Source: an uncultured Lachnospiraceae bacterium (GTDB lineage: Bacteria; Bacillota; Clostridia; Lachnospirales; Lachnospiraceae). Taken from it: a DNA stretch of 64,000 bases. Shown here in pieces: positions 26,731 to 35,892 of the stretch (within the stretch, counting starts at the first letter, position 1; every line of letters starts with the position of its first letter). The DNA is taken from assembly GCA_910577175.1 (NCBI GenBank), contig CAJTLU010000013.1, forward strand, positions 4,171 to 68,170, given 5' to 3'. Both the position numbers and the translations under genes were made by a program. The notes beneath the pieces are model-generated. The model was given only the letters and a program-made list of their open reading frames with translations. It ran no database searches and was not told the origin of the DNA.

Positions 26731-27663
26731 TTAAGGCGTCCGGGTGCGTTCTCGCGCCTGACCAGCGCTAAGAGGCGATTCCGGAAACGAAACGGTGATG
26801 GAAAGCGTCCTGCCTTGGTAGTCAGCACGGATGCTGCCACCCATTTCTTCTGTGAGGTGTCTGGCAATGGAAAGCCCGAGACCGGTGGAGTTTCGGCTGG
26901 CCTCTACCGTATAAAAGCGGTCAAACAGCTTGCCAGCAGTCACCAGCGTCAGGTTTTCTGCCGTATTGGAAAATGCAATGCTGCCTGTTTCGTCCATCAC
27001 TACGGAAAAGTCCCCGGCGCTGTATTTTATGGCGTTGCTGATAATATTGGAAAAAATACGGCTGACGGCGGCAGGGTCGAGAAGTCTTATAATATGCTGT
27101 TCCGGTATCCGGATGTCCGGGGTAATGTTTTTTTGTTTCAGGGCGCCGTAAAACGACAAAAGACTGTCCTCCAAAATACGGCACAGGTTTACTTCCTCAA
27201 GGGTGAAATCTTTTTCAGAAAGCATCACGGAGTAGCAAAACAGCTCCTCTGTAAGCTGCCGGAGCGCTTCGGAGCGGTTCCGGATATAGGAAAGGTAGCG
27301 TTCGGTCGTTTCACTTTTTTCTTCCCGTTCCAGCAAATCCAGATAACCGCAGATAGCAGTCAGCGGGGTACGCAGGTCGTGGGAAATGTTTGTCACAGCT
27401 TCCTTTAATTCCAGGTCACCCTGGACAAAGCGGTGCCGCTCCCTGCGGAGCTGCCGCAGCTGCGTATTGACCGCGGCAGCCAGCTTCCGCATGGAACGGT
27501 CGCGGCTGGAAATATCGATGAGCGTATTGGTATCTGTTACGAGCCGGTCGGCAAAGGCTTCTGCAATTTCTCCTGCCGACTTTTGCAGCAGGTAAATCTT
27601 GACCGACAAAATGAAAATTACAAGGATGAGTGCCACAATCAGGCTCCATAACAATTCTACCAT
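26731..27663 (-). CDS. Sensor histidine kinase (short extracellular loop, HisKA + HATPase_c)
   Basis: H box ISHDLRTPLT, N box ISNAIKY, G boxes NSTGLGLSIA. Confidence 0.9.
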   Translation of the reverse strand: MVELLWSLIVALILVIFILSVKIYLLQKSAGEIAEAFADRLVTDTNTLIDISSRDRSMRKLAAAVNTQLRQLRRERHRFVQGDLELKEAVTNISHDLRTPLTAICGYLDLLEREEKSETTERYLSYIRNRSEALRQLTEELFCYSVMLSEKDFTLEEVNLCRILEDSLLSFYGALKQKNITPDIRIPEQHIIRLLDPAAVSRIFSNIISNAIKYSAGDFSVVMDETGSIAFSNTAENLTLVTAGKLFDRFYTVEASRNSTGLGLSIARHLTEEMGGSIRADYQGRTLSITVSFPESPLSAGQARERTRTP

Positions 27664-27675
27664 AACGGAAAACTC

Positions 27676-28506
27676 CTATCGGATGTCTTTTTTTTGAAAC
27701 AGCAGGATGCCCGCAACCGTTACAATAACGACTATTCCGGTGGAGCACAAAAGCGCCGTTATCGGCTGGGAAATATTCAAGTATGCAATCTGCTGACCTT
27801 GTCCCGTAGGAAGGAGAAGCAGAAGGAACTGAAACAGCCGACGCAGGGAACCGCTCACATAGAGCGGGTTCGCGACCGGATCACCAAACTGCATGCCATC
27901 CTCTGTGGTTATTATAAGATCCTGTGTAAACTCCGGTTCCTGAAGTCTGGAGTCAAGCCAGCTGGCAACAAGAAACAGGAAAAAGACAAACAGGATAGAT
28001 ACGACGGAGGCCACTGCCTTGTTTGAGCAAAGCATGGAAATAAAGGCAGCGATTGCGCTGTATGCCGCTGAAAGCAGGATAATAAGGCAAAGATACAGCA
28101 AAAGCACAGAAATGTCAAGCTTCCACAAACCAAGAGTGGGGATACCGGCAAGTCCGCCAACCAGTGCAGCCAGGGCAAAGGAAAGCGTTGCGATAAAGCA
28201 GAGCAGCAGATTTGCAAGGTAAACAGAACTGCGGTTGTGTCCGACCGACAGCTTATTGCGGATGCTGCCGTCAGAATATTCCGTTCCGAGGAAGAGACCG
28301 GAAAAAACTGCACAGAAAATGCCAAGGGCGAGGATAAGCATGAAATAGGCATCCTCCAGTGCGAATTCGAGCGTCTTGTTTATAGAAGCCTGCCGGCAGA
28401 CATTCAGCATATTGCCTGTCGAAAGAAAAAGCATCGTAAAGAGTATAATCCAGAAAAGCCTGCTTTTTAAAAGTCTTCTGAAATCTGCGGATAACAATTT
28501 ATACAT
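27676..28506 (-). CDS. ABC-2 type permease (lantibiotic/bacitracin immunity type)
   Basis: Six TM helices. Start set at ATG 28506 (SD ggagg, 8-nt spacing). Overlaps the ATPase gene by 8 nt. Confidence 0.8.
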   Translation of the reverse strand: MYKLLSADFRRLLKSRLFWIILFTMLFLSTGNMLNVCRQASINKTLEFALEDAYFMLILALGIFCAVFSGLFLGTEYSDGSIRNKLSVGHNRSSVYLANLLLCFIATLSFALAALVGGLAGIPTLGLWKLDISVLLLYLCLIILLSAAYSAIAAFISMLCSNKAVASVVSILFVFFLFLVASWLDSRLQEPEFTQDLIITTEDGMQFGDPVANPLYVSGSLRRLFQFLLLLLPTGQGQQIAYLNISQPITALLCSTGIVVIVTVAGILLFQKKDIR

Positions 28507-29413
28507 GGCTGCCACCTCCGATCAGACTGACATAATAACTTTCCAGGCTTTCGTCGCGTTCCTGGACGGAGGTAACAGTACAGCCCTCCTGGAAGAGCGC
28601 GAAGGTCAGCTCTGAAATGTTGATTTTTGCAAATATATCTGCCTGTGTATCAGACAGAATCTTGTATTCCACCTTCATGGAATCCAGTACGCGTGCAAGC
28701 GCCTTTGTGTCGGAAACCTCAAGGTGCAGGCGCTTCTGGCAGGCTGCCTCCAGTTCCTCTGCACTGAGCTCCTTGAGAATTGAGCCGCTGTCGATAAACC
28801 CGTAATGGGTTGCAAGCTTTGACAGCTCATCGAGAATATGGCTGGAAATCAGCACGGTAATCTGGCGCTCCCGGTTCAGCTTTAAAATCAGTTCGCGTAT
28901 TTCGATGATGCCCTGCGGGTCCAGTCCGTTGACCGGCTCGTCCAGCACAAGGAAATCCGGGTCTCCGGCAAGCGCAACCGCAATTCCAAGCCGCTGCTTC
29001 ATACCGAGGGAGAAATTTTTTGCTTTTTTCCTGCCTGTATTTTCCAGTCCGGCCAGCTGCAGAAGCTCCGGTATGCCGTCAAAAGAGGGCAGGCCGAGAA
29101 TACGGTACTGCTGCTTTAAATTATCCTCTGCTGTCATGTCAAGGTAAATCGCCGGTGTCTCCACCACAGCGCCCATGCGCCGCCGGCTTTTGACAATATC
29201 TTTAGCGTCATTTGGAACACCGTACAATGTAAAATGTCCGGAAGTCGGCTTCTGCAGACCGCAGATAAGCCGGATTAATGTGGTTTTTCCGGAACCGTTT
29301 TTTCCTACGAAGCCGTAGACGGCGCCCTTCGGGACGTGCATGGAAAGGCGGGACAGCGCTTGAAACTGCTTGTACTGCTTGCATAGCGCATCCGTAGTCA
29401 GAACATACTCCAT
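28499..29413 (-). CDS. ABC transporter ATP-binding protein (BcrA/lantibiotic-protection type)
   Basis: Walker A GKNGSGKTT, signature FSLGMKQR, Walker B LVLDEPVNGLD. SD taaggagg. Confidence 0.9.
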   Translation of the reverse strand: MEYVLTTDALCKQYKQFQALSRLSMHVPKGAVYGFVGKNGSGKTTLIRLICGLQKPTSGHFTLYGVPNDAKDIVKSRRRMGAVVETPAIYLDMTAEDNLKQQYRILGLPSFDGIPELLQLAGLENTGRKKAKNFSLGMKQRLGIAVALAGDPDFLVLDEPVNGLDPQGIIEIRELILKLNRERQITVLISSHILDELSKLATHYGFIDSGSILKELSAEELEAACQKRLHLEVSDTKALARVLDSMKVEYKILSDTQADIFAKINISELTFALFQEGCTVTSVQERDESLESYYVSLIGGGSHV

Positions 29414-29636
29414 AAAATAGTACCTCCTTAGCTTTTATGACGACAGTATACAATCAAACAGTAAAGATAGCGGTCAAGAAAAGAGTAAAGAAATCGTAAA
29501 GATTAACCGCATCAGGGAAGTCCCCCGCTTCTTTCAGTGGGGGAACTTCCCTATTTTGGCAGGAGTTCAGGTTCCTGCAAAAGTGCCGCGAAGCGGCAAG
29601 GAGGTTATGAGCAAGAAGCGAAGCGGATTGCGAATA

Positions 29637-30308
29637 TCAGCTTGACAAGTCTGTCAGCTTAAAGCCGATTCCCCAGACTGCCTCAATATAGTCCCTGCCG
29701 GTTACGTCCCGCAGCTTTTTCCGCAGATTGCTGATATGCTGCTTGAGGGAGCTGTCTGTGCAGTCCGGCGTGTCTGCGCTGATGCGGTCCAATAAAATGC
29801 CCTTGGCAATGACCTGATGCGGGTTTTGCAGCAGCAGCTTTAAAATGGCATACTCCGTTTTGGTAAGTCTGACCGGTACGCCCTGTACTGTGACTTCATG
29901 GGAGGCGAGGTCCAGCCTGAGCTCCTGAAAGGAAAGAACCCCGGCGGGCTGCCAGGCTTCGGTTTTTCGCAGCTGCACCGTAATGCGGGCAAGTAATTCC
30001 TTTGTATCGAAGGGCTTTGTCATATAATCGGCGGCGCCGTTCAGTAAAAGACTGACTTTATCCTTTACATCTGTCCTCGCGCTTAAGATAATGACCGGAA
30101 TTCCTTTGAGCTGTGCAAGTACCTCTTCACCCGAAAGCCCCGGCAGCATTAAATCCAACAGAAGAAGGTCCGGCTGGGTTCCGGAAAGCAGATAGAGCGC
30201 TTCGGTACCGGAATATGCCCGCAGTACGCCGTACCCCTCCGCCTGCAGTACCTCCTGCAGCATATCGCCAATGGCGACGTCGTCGTCGATGATTGCGATG
30301 GTTTTCAT
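29637..30308 (-). CDS. OmpR-family response regulator
   Basis: Receiver MKTIAIIDDD...DLLLLDLMLPG...K. Winged-helix C-terminus (LTKTEYAILKLL...GIGFKL). Start moved to ATG 30308. Confidence 0.9.
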   Translation of the reverse strand: MKTIAIIDDDVAIGDMLQEVLQAEGYGVLRAYSGTEALYLLSGTQPDLLLLDLMLPGLSGEEVLAQLKGIPVIILSARTDVKDKVSLLLNGAADYMTKPFDTKELLARITVQLRKTEAWQPAGVLSFQELRLDLASHEVTVQGVPVRLTKTEYAILKLLLQNPHQVIAKGILLDRISADTPDCTDSSLKQHISNLRKKLRDVTGRDYIEAVWGIGFKLTDLSS

Positions 30309-30442
30309 ACCGTTTTCCCTCCTTTCGCAGTGAAAAATAAGCAAAATAAATTTCTGATGGTGCAATTATAACATAGAATTGCCCGGGAAGCACGCATCAA
30401 TCCTTAAAAGTGTAAACCGACGTCTTTCGCTACTATCTCAGA

Positions 30443-30460
30443 AAGTGAGAGCTCTCACTT
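30443..30460. promoter_or_regulatory. Perfect 18-bp palindrome in the divergent intergenic region
   Basis: aagtgagag|ctctcactt, 113 nt upstream of the XRE-TPR gene. Confidence 0.5.
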
Positions 30461-30572
30461 AAAACGTGATATGGACTTTTTATGGGGAACTGGGTATGCT
30501 TAACTCAAGAAGCTTCTAAGGAAGCGCTGATTAAAGCGTTCCCCAAAATATAAAATGAAAGGACTTGATTTT

Positions 30573-31496
30573 ATGAACGAAATATTTTCAAAAAATATCA
30601 GAAACCTGAGGCTTGCAAAGAATCTGACACAGGAACAGGTGGCGGAGCGGCTTCAGGTAAGCGCACAGTCAGTTTCCCGCTGGGAGTGTGGGGCGACGTT
30701 TCCGGATATTCTGCTGCTGCCGGAAATTTCAAGGTTATTCGGCGTGCTTGTGGATGATTTATTCCGGGAGAATCCTGACGGCTATGGAAATCTGGCAGGG
30801 AGACTGCTTGCCGTGTATGAAAGCTCGCATAAGCGGGAGGATTTTGTGAATGCTGCCCTGGAGTTTGACCGTCTGATAAAGTCTGGCACCGCCGGGGCAG
30901 AAGATTACCGTAAATATGGTGTGCTGCATCAGTATATGGTGGGAGATTGTAGGAAAAGGGCATGTGAATGCTATGATAAGGCAATGGAACTAAGCAGGGA
31001 AAATGACACAGAGCTGTTTTACCGGACAAAGGAGCAAAAAGTTATGCTGCTTTCCCAGACAAGGCAGGGTGAAGGCTGTATTGCAGAGCAGAAGCAGGCA
31101 GTAAAGGAGATGCCGCAGAGTTTCGGCGAATGGAAGTGTCTTGTGGCAGGGTACTATTGGTCGGGACTTATGGAGGATGCATATCAGGCAGTGAAGGAAG
31201 CAATTGCAAGGTTTCCAGAGGAGGCAGGGCTTTTTATGTATGCCGGGGATATCTGCCGGAAGCTGGGTAAGCAGAAGGAAGCATTCCCTTACTGGGAAAA
31301 GGCAGCTGCACTGGACACGAGGTATCTGGATTCAAAGTATTCCATGGCATTCTGCTATGAGGAGCTGGGAGAATATGAAAAGGCATGCAGCGTCTGGGAG
31401 GACATTGCTGCCGTACTGACAGAGCGTGGACTGGATGTAGATGCAAAATGGCCGGCAGAGATGGCGGAAAGGTGCAGGAAACAGAAGAAGCAGTAA
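30573..31496 (+). CDS. XRE-HTH regulator with C-terminal TPR domain
   Basis: LTQEQVAERLQVSAQSVSRWE HTH. TPR-like repeats (AYQAVKEAIARFPE..., AFPYWEKAAALD...). Confidence 0.8.
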   Translation: MNEIFSKNIRNLRLAKNLTQEQVAERLQVSAQSVSRWECGATFPDILLLPEISRLFGVLVDDLFRENPDGYGNLAGRLLAVYESSHKREDFVNAALEFDRLIKSGTAGAEDYRKYGVLHQYMVGDCRKRACECYDKAMELSRENDTELFYRTKEQKVMLLSQTRQGEGCIAEQKQAVKEMPQSFGEWKCLVAGYYWSGLMEDAYQAVKEAIARFPEEAGLFMYAGDICRKLGKQKEAFPYWEKAAALDTRYLDSKYSMAFCYEELGEYEKACSVWEDIAAVLTERGLDVDAKWPAEMAERCRKQKKQ

Positions 31497-31793
31497 GGCT
31501 GCTGAAATGGAATCAGGAGAGGGAGAAAGAGAAGGGGCTGTGCATGGAGTGCAGCCCCTTATACATTGGAAGCTTCCGGACCGGTAAAAATATTTCCGAT
31601 AGAATATCAATGCAGTATCTGGTATAATGGGTAAGCAGGAGAGTAAATAGACGGTGCGGCTTCCATGCATAAAAGCATTGGGGCAAGGAAAAAATTTCTG
31701 ATGTGGGAAGCAAAAAATGTTCCGCAGGATGCGCACCTACACGGGTACAAGATAACTTATCCTCATTGTTTTTTGCAAATCAATAAATGAGAA

Positions 31794-33821
31794 ATGGAGG
31801 GAATGAAATTGATTAAAAAATATACCTTTGGCACGCCGTTTCCGACGGAGAGCATTGTCGTTCCGGTCGAGGCCAGCGAGGGAATGCCGCCATATGGAAC
31901 CATAAGTCTTCCGGAGGAAGGTGCCGGCGGTTTTACCTTTTCTTATTCGATGGGTGCCGACGATATCGTATACGGTCTTGGTGAGGCAAACCGCGGCATC
32001 AATAAGAGAGGCTTTATTTACAAAAGCTTCTGCAGCGACGACCCGAATCATCTGGAGGAAACGGTTTCCCTCTATGGTGCGCACAATTTTATCATTGTTT
32101 CCGGGACAGCTACCTTTGGGATTTATATCGATTATCCTGCTGCCCTGACCTTTGATATCGGCTACACGCGGGCAGATGAACTGGTGATTTCGTGCGAGTA
32201 TGCGGATTTGGATTTTTATCTTATTGAGGGAGAGAATGCGTACGAGATTACCAGACAGTTCCGGAAATTGATTGGCAGAAGCTATATTCCACCGAAGTTT
32301 GCGTTTGGTTTTGGACAGAGCCGCTGGGGCTATAAAACTGCAAAGGATTTCTTCGATGTGGCAGACGGTTACCGGAGCAACCATATTCCGATTGATATGA
32401 TTTATATGGATATTGACTATATGGAGGATTACAAGGACTTTACCATAAGCAAGGAATTTCCGGACTTCCCTGCCTTCGTTCAGGAGATGAAACAAAAAGA
32501 TATCCGGCTGGTTCCGATTATCGATGCCGGTGTTAAGATAGAAGAGAATTACGATGTCTACGAAGAGGGCGTAGCGAACAATTATTTCTGCAAGAGAGAG
32601 GACGGAAGTGATTTCGTCGCTGCGGTCTGGCCGGGAGAGACCCATTTCCCGGATTTCTTCCAGCCGGAGGTCCGCGCGTGGTTCGGTGCTAAGTATCAGC
32701 GGCTGACAGAGCAGGGAATTGAGGGCTTCTGGAACGATATGAACGAACCGGCTATTTTTTATACGCCGGAGGGAATCAAGAAAATCAAGGAGCAGGTCAA
32801 GGAATTTCTCTCGAAGCCGGAAACCAAGGATGGCGTATGGGAAATGCAGGGGAGGTTTGCAAATCTGGCAAACGCTGCGGAGGATTATGCGTCCTTTTTC
32901 CACAACGTCCAGGGAAAAATGGTCCGCCATGACAGGATTCACAATTTGTACGGCTACCAAATGACGAGAGCGGCGGGAGAAGCCCTGCAGGAAATATCCC
33001 CGGAGAAACGGTATCTTCTTTTTTCCCGTTCCTCCTATATCGGTATGCACCGCTATGGCGGCATATGGACGGGGGACAATAAATCCTGGTGGTCGCATCT
33101 GCTTCTGAATCTGAAAATGCTGCCTTCCCTGAATATGTGCGGCTTCCTCTATGTCGGTGCTGACCTTGGCGGCTTCGGGGCAAATACGACCCGTGAGCTT
33201 TTACTGCGGTGGCTGGCGCTCGGGGTATTCACTCCGCTTATGCGGAACCATGCCGCTATCGGAACAAGGGAACAGGAATGCTACCGTTTTGAGCATGCCG
33301 AGGATTTCAGACATATCATCGGGGTACGTTACCGTCTGCTTCCTTATCTTTACAGCGAATATATGAAAGCGGCGTTAAATGACGAGATGTATTTCAAGCC
33401 TCTGGCATTCGAGTACCCAAAGGATGCTATGGCGGCGAATGTGGAGGACCAGCTGATGCTCGGCGGTGAGCTGATGATTGCCCCGGTATACACCCAGAAT
33501 GCGAAGGGACGCTATGTTTATCTGCCGGAGGAAATGATGTATGTCAGCTTCCTGCCGGATGGTACTCTTTCCAGGGAAATCATGCCAAAGGGGCATCATT
33601 ATATCAGTGTCCCGTTAAATACCGTACCGCTTTTTATACGATACGGTAAATGTATTCCTGTCGCTGGTATGGCAGAATGTGTGGCAGAGATTGATTCTGC
33701 GCATATGGAGCTGGTCGGTTATGAGAAAAGCTCATATAGTTTGTATGAGGATGACGGTAATACAAGAAATTATGATTTAGAAAAGCATTCCAGGACGCTT
33801 TTTATGGAGACCGGACTATAG
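31794..33821 (+). CDS. Glycoside hydrolase family 31 (alpha-glucosidase/alpha-xylosidase type)
   Basis: GFWNDMNEP nucleophile block; GGIWTGDN; RNHA. 675 aa. Confidence 0.9.
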   Translation: MEGMKLIKKYTFGTPFPTESIVVPVEASEGMPPYGTISLPEEGAGGFTFSYSMGADDIVYGLGEANRGINKRGFIYKSFCSDDPNHLEETVSLYGAHNFIIVSGTATFGIYIDYPAALTFDIGYTRADELVISCEYADLDFYLIEGENAYEITRQFRKLIGRSYIPPKFAFGFGQSRWGYKTAKDFFDVADGYRSNHIPIDMIYMDIDYMEDYKDFTISKEFPDFPAFVQEMKQKDIRLVPIIDAGVKIEENYDVYEEGVANNYFCKREDGSDFVAAVWPGETHFPDFFQPEVRAWFGAKYQRLTEQGIEGFWNDMNEPAIFYTPEGIKKIKEQVKEFLSKPETKDGVWEMQGRFANLANAAEDYASFFHNVQGKMVRHDRIHNLYGYQMTRAAGEALQEISPEKRYLLFSRSSYIGMHRYGGIWTGDNKSWWSHLLLNLKMLPSLNMCGFLYVGADLGGFGANTTRELLLRWLALGVFTPLMRNHAAIGTREQECYRFEHAEDFRHIIGVRYRLLPYLYSEYMKAALNDEMYFKPLAFEYPKDAMAANVEDQLMLGGELMIAPVYTQNAKGRYVYLPEEMMYVSFLPDGTLSREIMPKGHHYISVPLNTVPLFIRYGKCIPVAGMAECVAEIDSAHMELVGYEKSSYSLYEDDGNTRNYDLEKHSRTLFMETGL

Positions 33822-33848
33822 CACAAGGATAAGAAATTTCATATGGAG

Positions 33849-33890
33849 CTGCTCCGGAAGTTTCCGGAGCAGGATAGGCTTCTTTTTTCT
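33849..33890 (+). terminator. Terminator after GH31
   Basis: 11-bp arms ctgctccggaa/ttccggagcag, then cttctttttt. Confidence 0.6.
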
Positions 33891-33981
33891 GACCATTCAC
33901 GATATTTTCTATTTTTTTCCGCTGGAACTGCCGATATAATAAGTAGAAGAAAATTTGGAATAAAGGAAGGGGGATATCGTA

Positions 33982-34740
33982 ATGGAGACAGGTTTTATTT
34001 ATCAAAATACCTATTTGGCAGCAAAGGTTTATCAGGATATGAAAAATGGGAAAAAGCCAGAGGATACACAAGCTCCGGAGGAGGATGGCATTTTTTTGGA
34101 TAAAATCACGGAAAAGGTTCCTGTTTCGCCAAAGGACATGACATTGGAGGAATATAAAGAATACTTTAATGAGAAAGTAGAGGCTTTGTATACCCATCCT
34201 TCGCAGAAAGATATGAACTGGTTTATCGATATTACGGATGCCGCTTATCGGAGAATGCAGGCAGACCCCGCTTATGAGCAGAAGGTTTTGGATTTACTGG
34301 CAAAGAATAAGGCGGTGAATTTCGGAAGCTATGCACCCCGTTTTGCATATACCCATATTGGTGATACTATGGAGAAGTGCTATGGCTACACACAGGGCAT
34401 CCGGGATGAATACAGGCGTGCAAGGCGTCTTGCAGCAAAGCGGAGGGATGAGCTGGAGCAGCAGAGAAAGCAGAGACGGAAGGAGCTGCTCAAAAAATAT
34501 TTGAAAAAACGGGCAGAGGAGAAGGAACTGCGTCGGAAGCTGTTAGAGCAGCACTTTAAAAAGAAGAGACTGGAGCGGGACCGCCAGCAACGGGTATGGG
34601 TGAATAAACGACTGCTGTTAAAGGCGTCCAACGCCTATGAAGCTAATATTATGCTGGAAGAGTCTGCCGAGGAAAAGGCAAGGATTGCACAGATGGCAGA
34701 GGAACGCAGCCAGCAGCAGGATATGCTCAGGGAAGTTTGA
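33982..34740 (+). CDS. Hypothetical protein with highly charged K/R/E-rich C-terminal half
   Basis: SD aaggaaggggg. No recognisable family. C-terminal RRARRLAAKRRDELEQQRKQRRKELLKKYLKKRAEEKELRRK. Confidence 0.55.
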   Translation: METGFIYQNTYLAAKVYQDMKNGKKPEDTQAPEEDGIFLDKITEKVPVSPKDMTLEEYKEYFNEKVEALYTHPSQKDMNWFIDITDAAYRRMQADPAYEQKVLDLLAKNKAVNFGSYAPRFAYTHIGDTMEKCYGYTQGIRDEYRRARRLAAKRRDELEQQRKQRRKELLKKYLKKRAEEKELRRKLLEQHFKKKRLERDRQQRVWVNKRLLLKASNAYEANIMLEESAEEKARIAQMAEERSQQQDMLREV

Positions 34741-34767
34741 GTTCCTATATTTTATATGTTTTTGCAT

Positions 34768-34797
34768 GGGGCTGTCACATGAAGGGCAGCCCCTTTT
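34768..34797 (+). terminator. Rho-independent terminator
   Basis: ggggctg/cagcccc stem followed by tttt. Confidence 0.7.
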
Positions 34798-34926
34798 GTA
34801 AGCAGTGAAAAGCTTTATGCTGTCTTGTAAGAATCTGCCATGCCCGGTGTTGCTGCATTTCACTTCGTGCGATGGTCCATTGTTCAAATCACTTAAAAAT
34901 ATGGAACTATAAGCCTCAGGAACCGC

Positions 34927-34984
34927 TTGACAAATAGTGTCCCGGAGTCTATAATGAAATAGGTAGATAAGAGTCTACCTATTT
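34927..34984 (+). promoter_or_regulatory. Consensus promoter followed immediately by an 11-bp perfect palindrome
   Basis: TTGACA-17 nt-TATAAT (34927-34955), then aaataggtaga-taagag-tctacctattt (34957-34984). Confidence 0.65.
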
Positions 34985-35020
34985 ACGAGAGTGTATCTTA
35001 AGTGAATGGAGGTGAATGAA

Positions 35021-35386
35021 ATGAAACTGACAAAAAGAGGATTTTTAGCAACCGCGCTGGTTGCCGCCTGTGGGATTTCCTGCTTATTCCATGTTGCCGC
35101 CGCGGCGGAGAATGATGGCGCCGGAGCGGAAGTTGTCTCTCCGACCCCGGTACTTTCCGGAGAAAAGGCAGAGCTGCAGTTGCCAGAGGGCTTCGTGATT
35201 CCGTCTGAGCCGGCATGCCGTTCTAATGATGTTCTGCTTACTACGGACACGGATTATATGATTATCGTTGATAATTCTGTTAAAACCGACGGGAAGTTTA
35301 TGGAACTGCCAGAAGGTAGTGTAAGCGTAAGCGGCAAAGAGTCCGTCTGCGTGACACCGACTCCGGTACCGTCTGTCGGGGAGTAG
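35021..35386 (+). CDS. Small secreted protein, unknown function
   Basis: Signal peptide MKLTKRGFLATALVAACGISCLFHVAAA. SD ggaggtga. Confidence 0.6.
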   Translation: MKLTKRGFLATALVAACGISCLFHVAAAAENDGAGAEVVSPTPVLSGEKAELQLPEGFVIPSEPACRSNDVLLTTDTDYMIIVDNSVKTDGKFMELPEGSVSVSGKESVCVTPTPVPSVGE

Positions 35387-35514
35387 CCTCGTTTCTTCCG
35401 GCAGGGAGGAACAGAGCAGACACAGGATGTGACAAAAGTTTTGGGGCTGCACGAAGGAAGGGCTTTGTGCAGTCTCTTTGAGAAATAGATTTGGACTGGA
35501 AAGTGAGCAGGGAG

Positions 35515-35892
35515 ATGAATATTACAAATTCGGAATGGAAGATTATGAAGCTTTTATGGGAGGAGCCGAGGACGATTATACAGCTGACAAAGGCTTTGGA
35601 GGAGGAAACCGGCTGGAAAAAGAATACAATCATCAACATGCTGAAGCGGCTGGAGGAAAAAGCTGCGGTAGTCCATACAGAGGGAGGGAAGGCAAAGGTT
35701 TTTTATCCGAACTGCAGTAAGGAGGAGGTAATTTCCGAGGAGTCGGAGGCGTTTTTGCATAAAGCCTTTGAGGGGAATGTTTCGCTGTTTCTGAATGCGT
35801 TCGTAAGGAAAGACAGGCTTTCGGAGCAGGATGTGGATGAAATCTGTAAGCTGTTGGATTTAAAAAGAAAGGAAGAAAAGGGAACGAAATGA
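35515..35892 (+). CDS. BlaI/MecI/CopY-family transcriptional repressor
   Basis: ITNSEWKIMKLLWEEPRTIIQLTKALEEETGWKKNTIINMLKRLEEK winged helix. Confidence 0.85.
   Translation: MNITNSEWKIMKLLWEEPRTIIQLTKALEEETGWKKNTIINMLKRLEEKAAVVHTEGGKAKVFYPNCSKEEVISEESEAFLHKAFEGNVSLFLNAFVRKDRLSEQDVDEICKLLDLKRKEEKGTK

Noticed and set aside
31497-31793. Search for a short secreted propeptide gene next to the XRE-TPR (RRNPP-like) regulator. One 41-codon ORF was found (MHKSIGARKKFLMWEAKNV...).
   Set aside because: The candidate has no SD and no hydrophobic or secretion-like segment. The region more likely holds the XRE-TPR gene terminator (31532-31560) and the GH31 promoter and leader.
31737-33098. 453-aa ORF on the minus strand.
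   Set aside because: It lies entirely antisense to the well-supported GH31 gene. It has no recognisable motifs, an odd composition (many R/I/L/F) and no SD. It is a shadow ORF.
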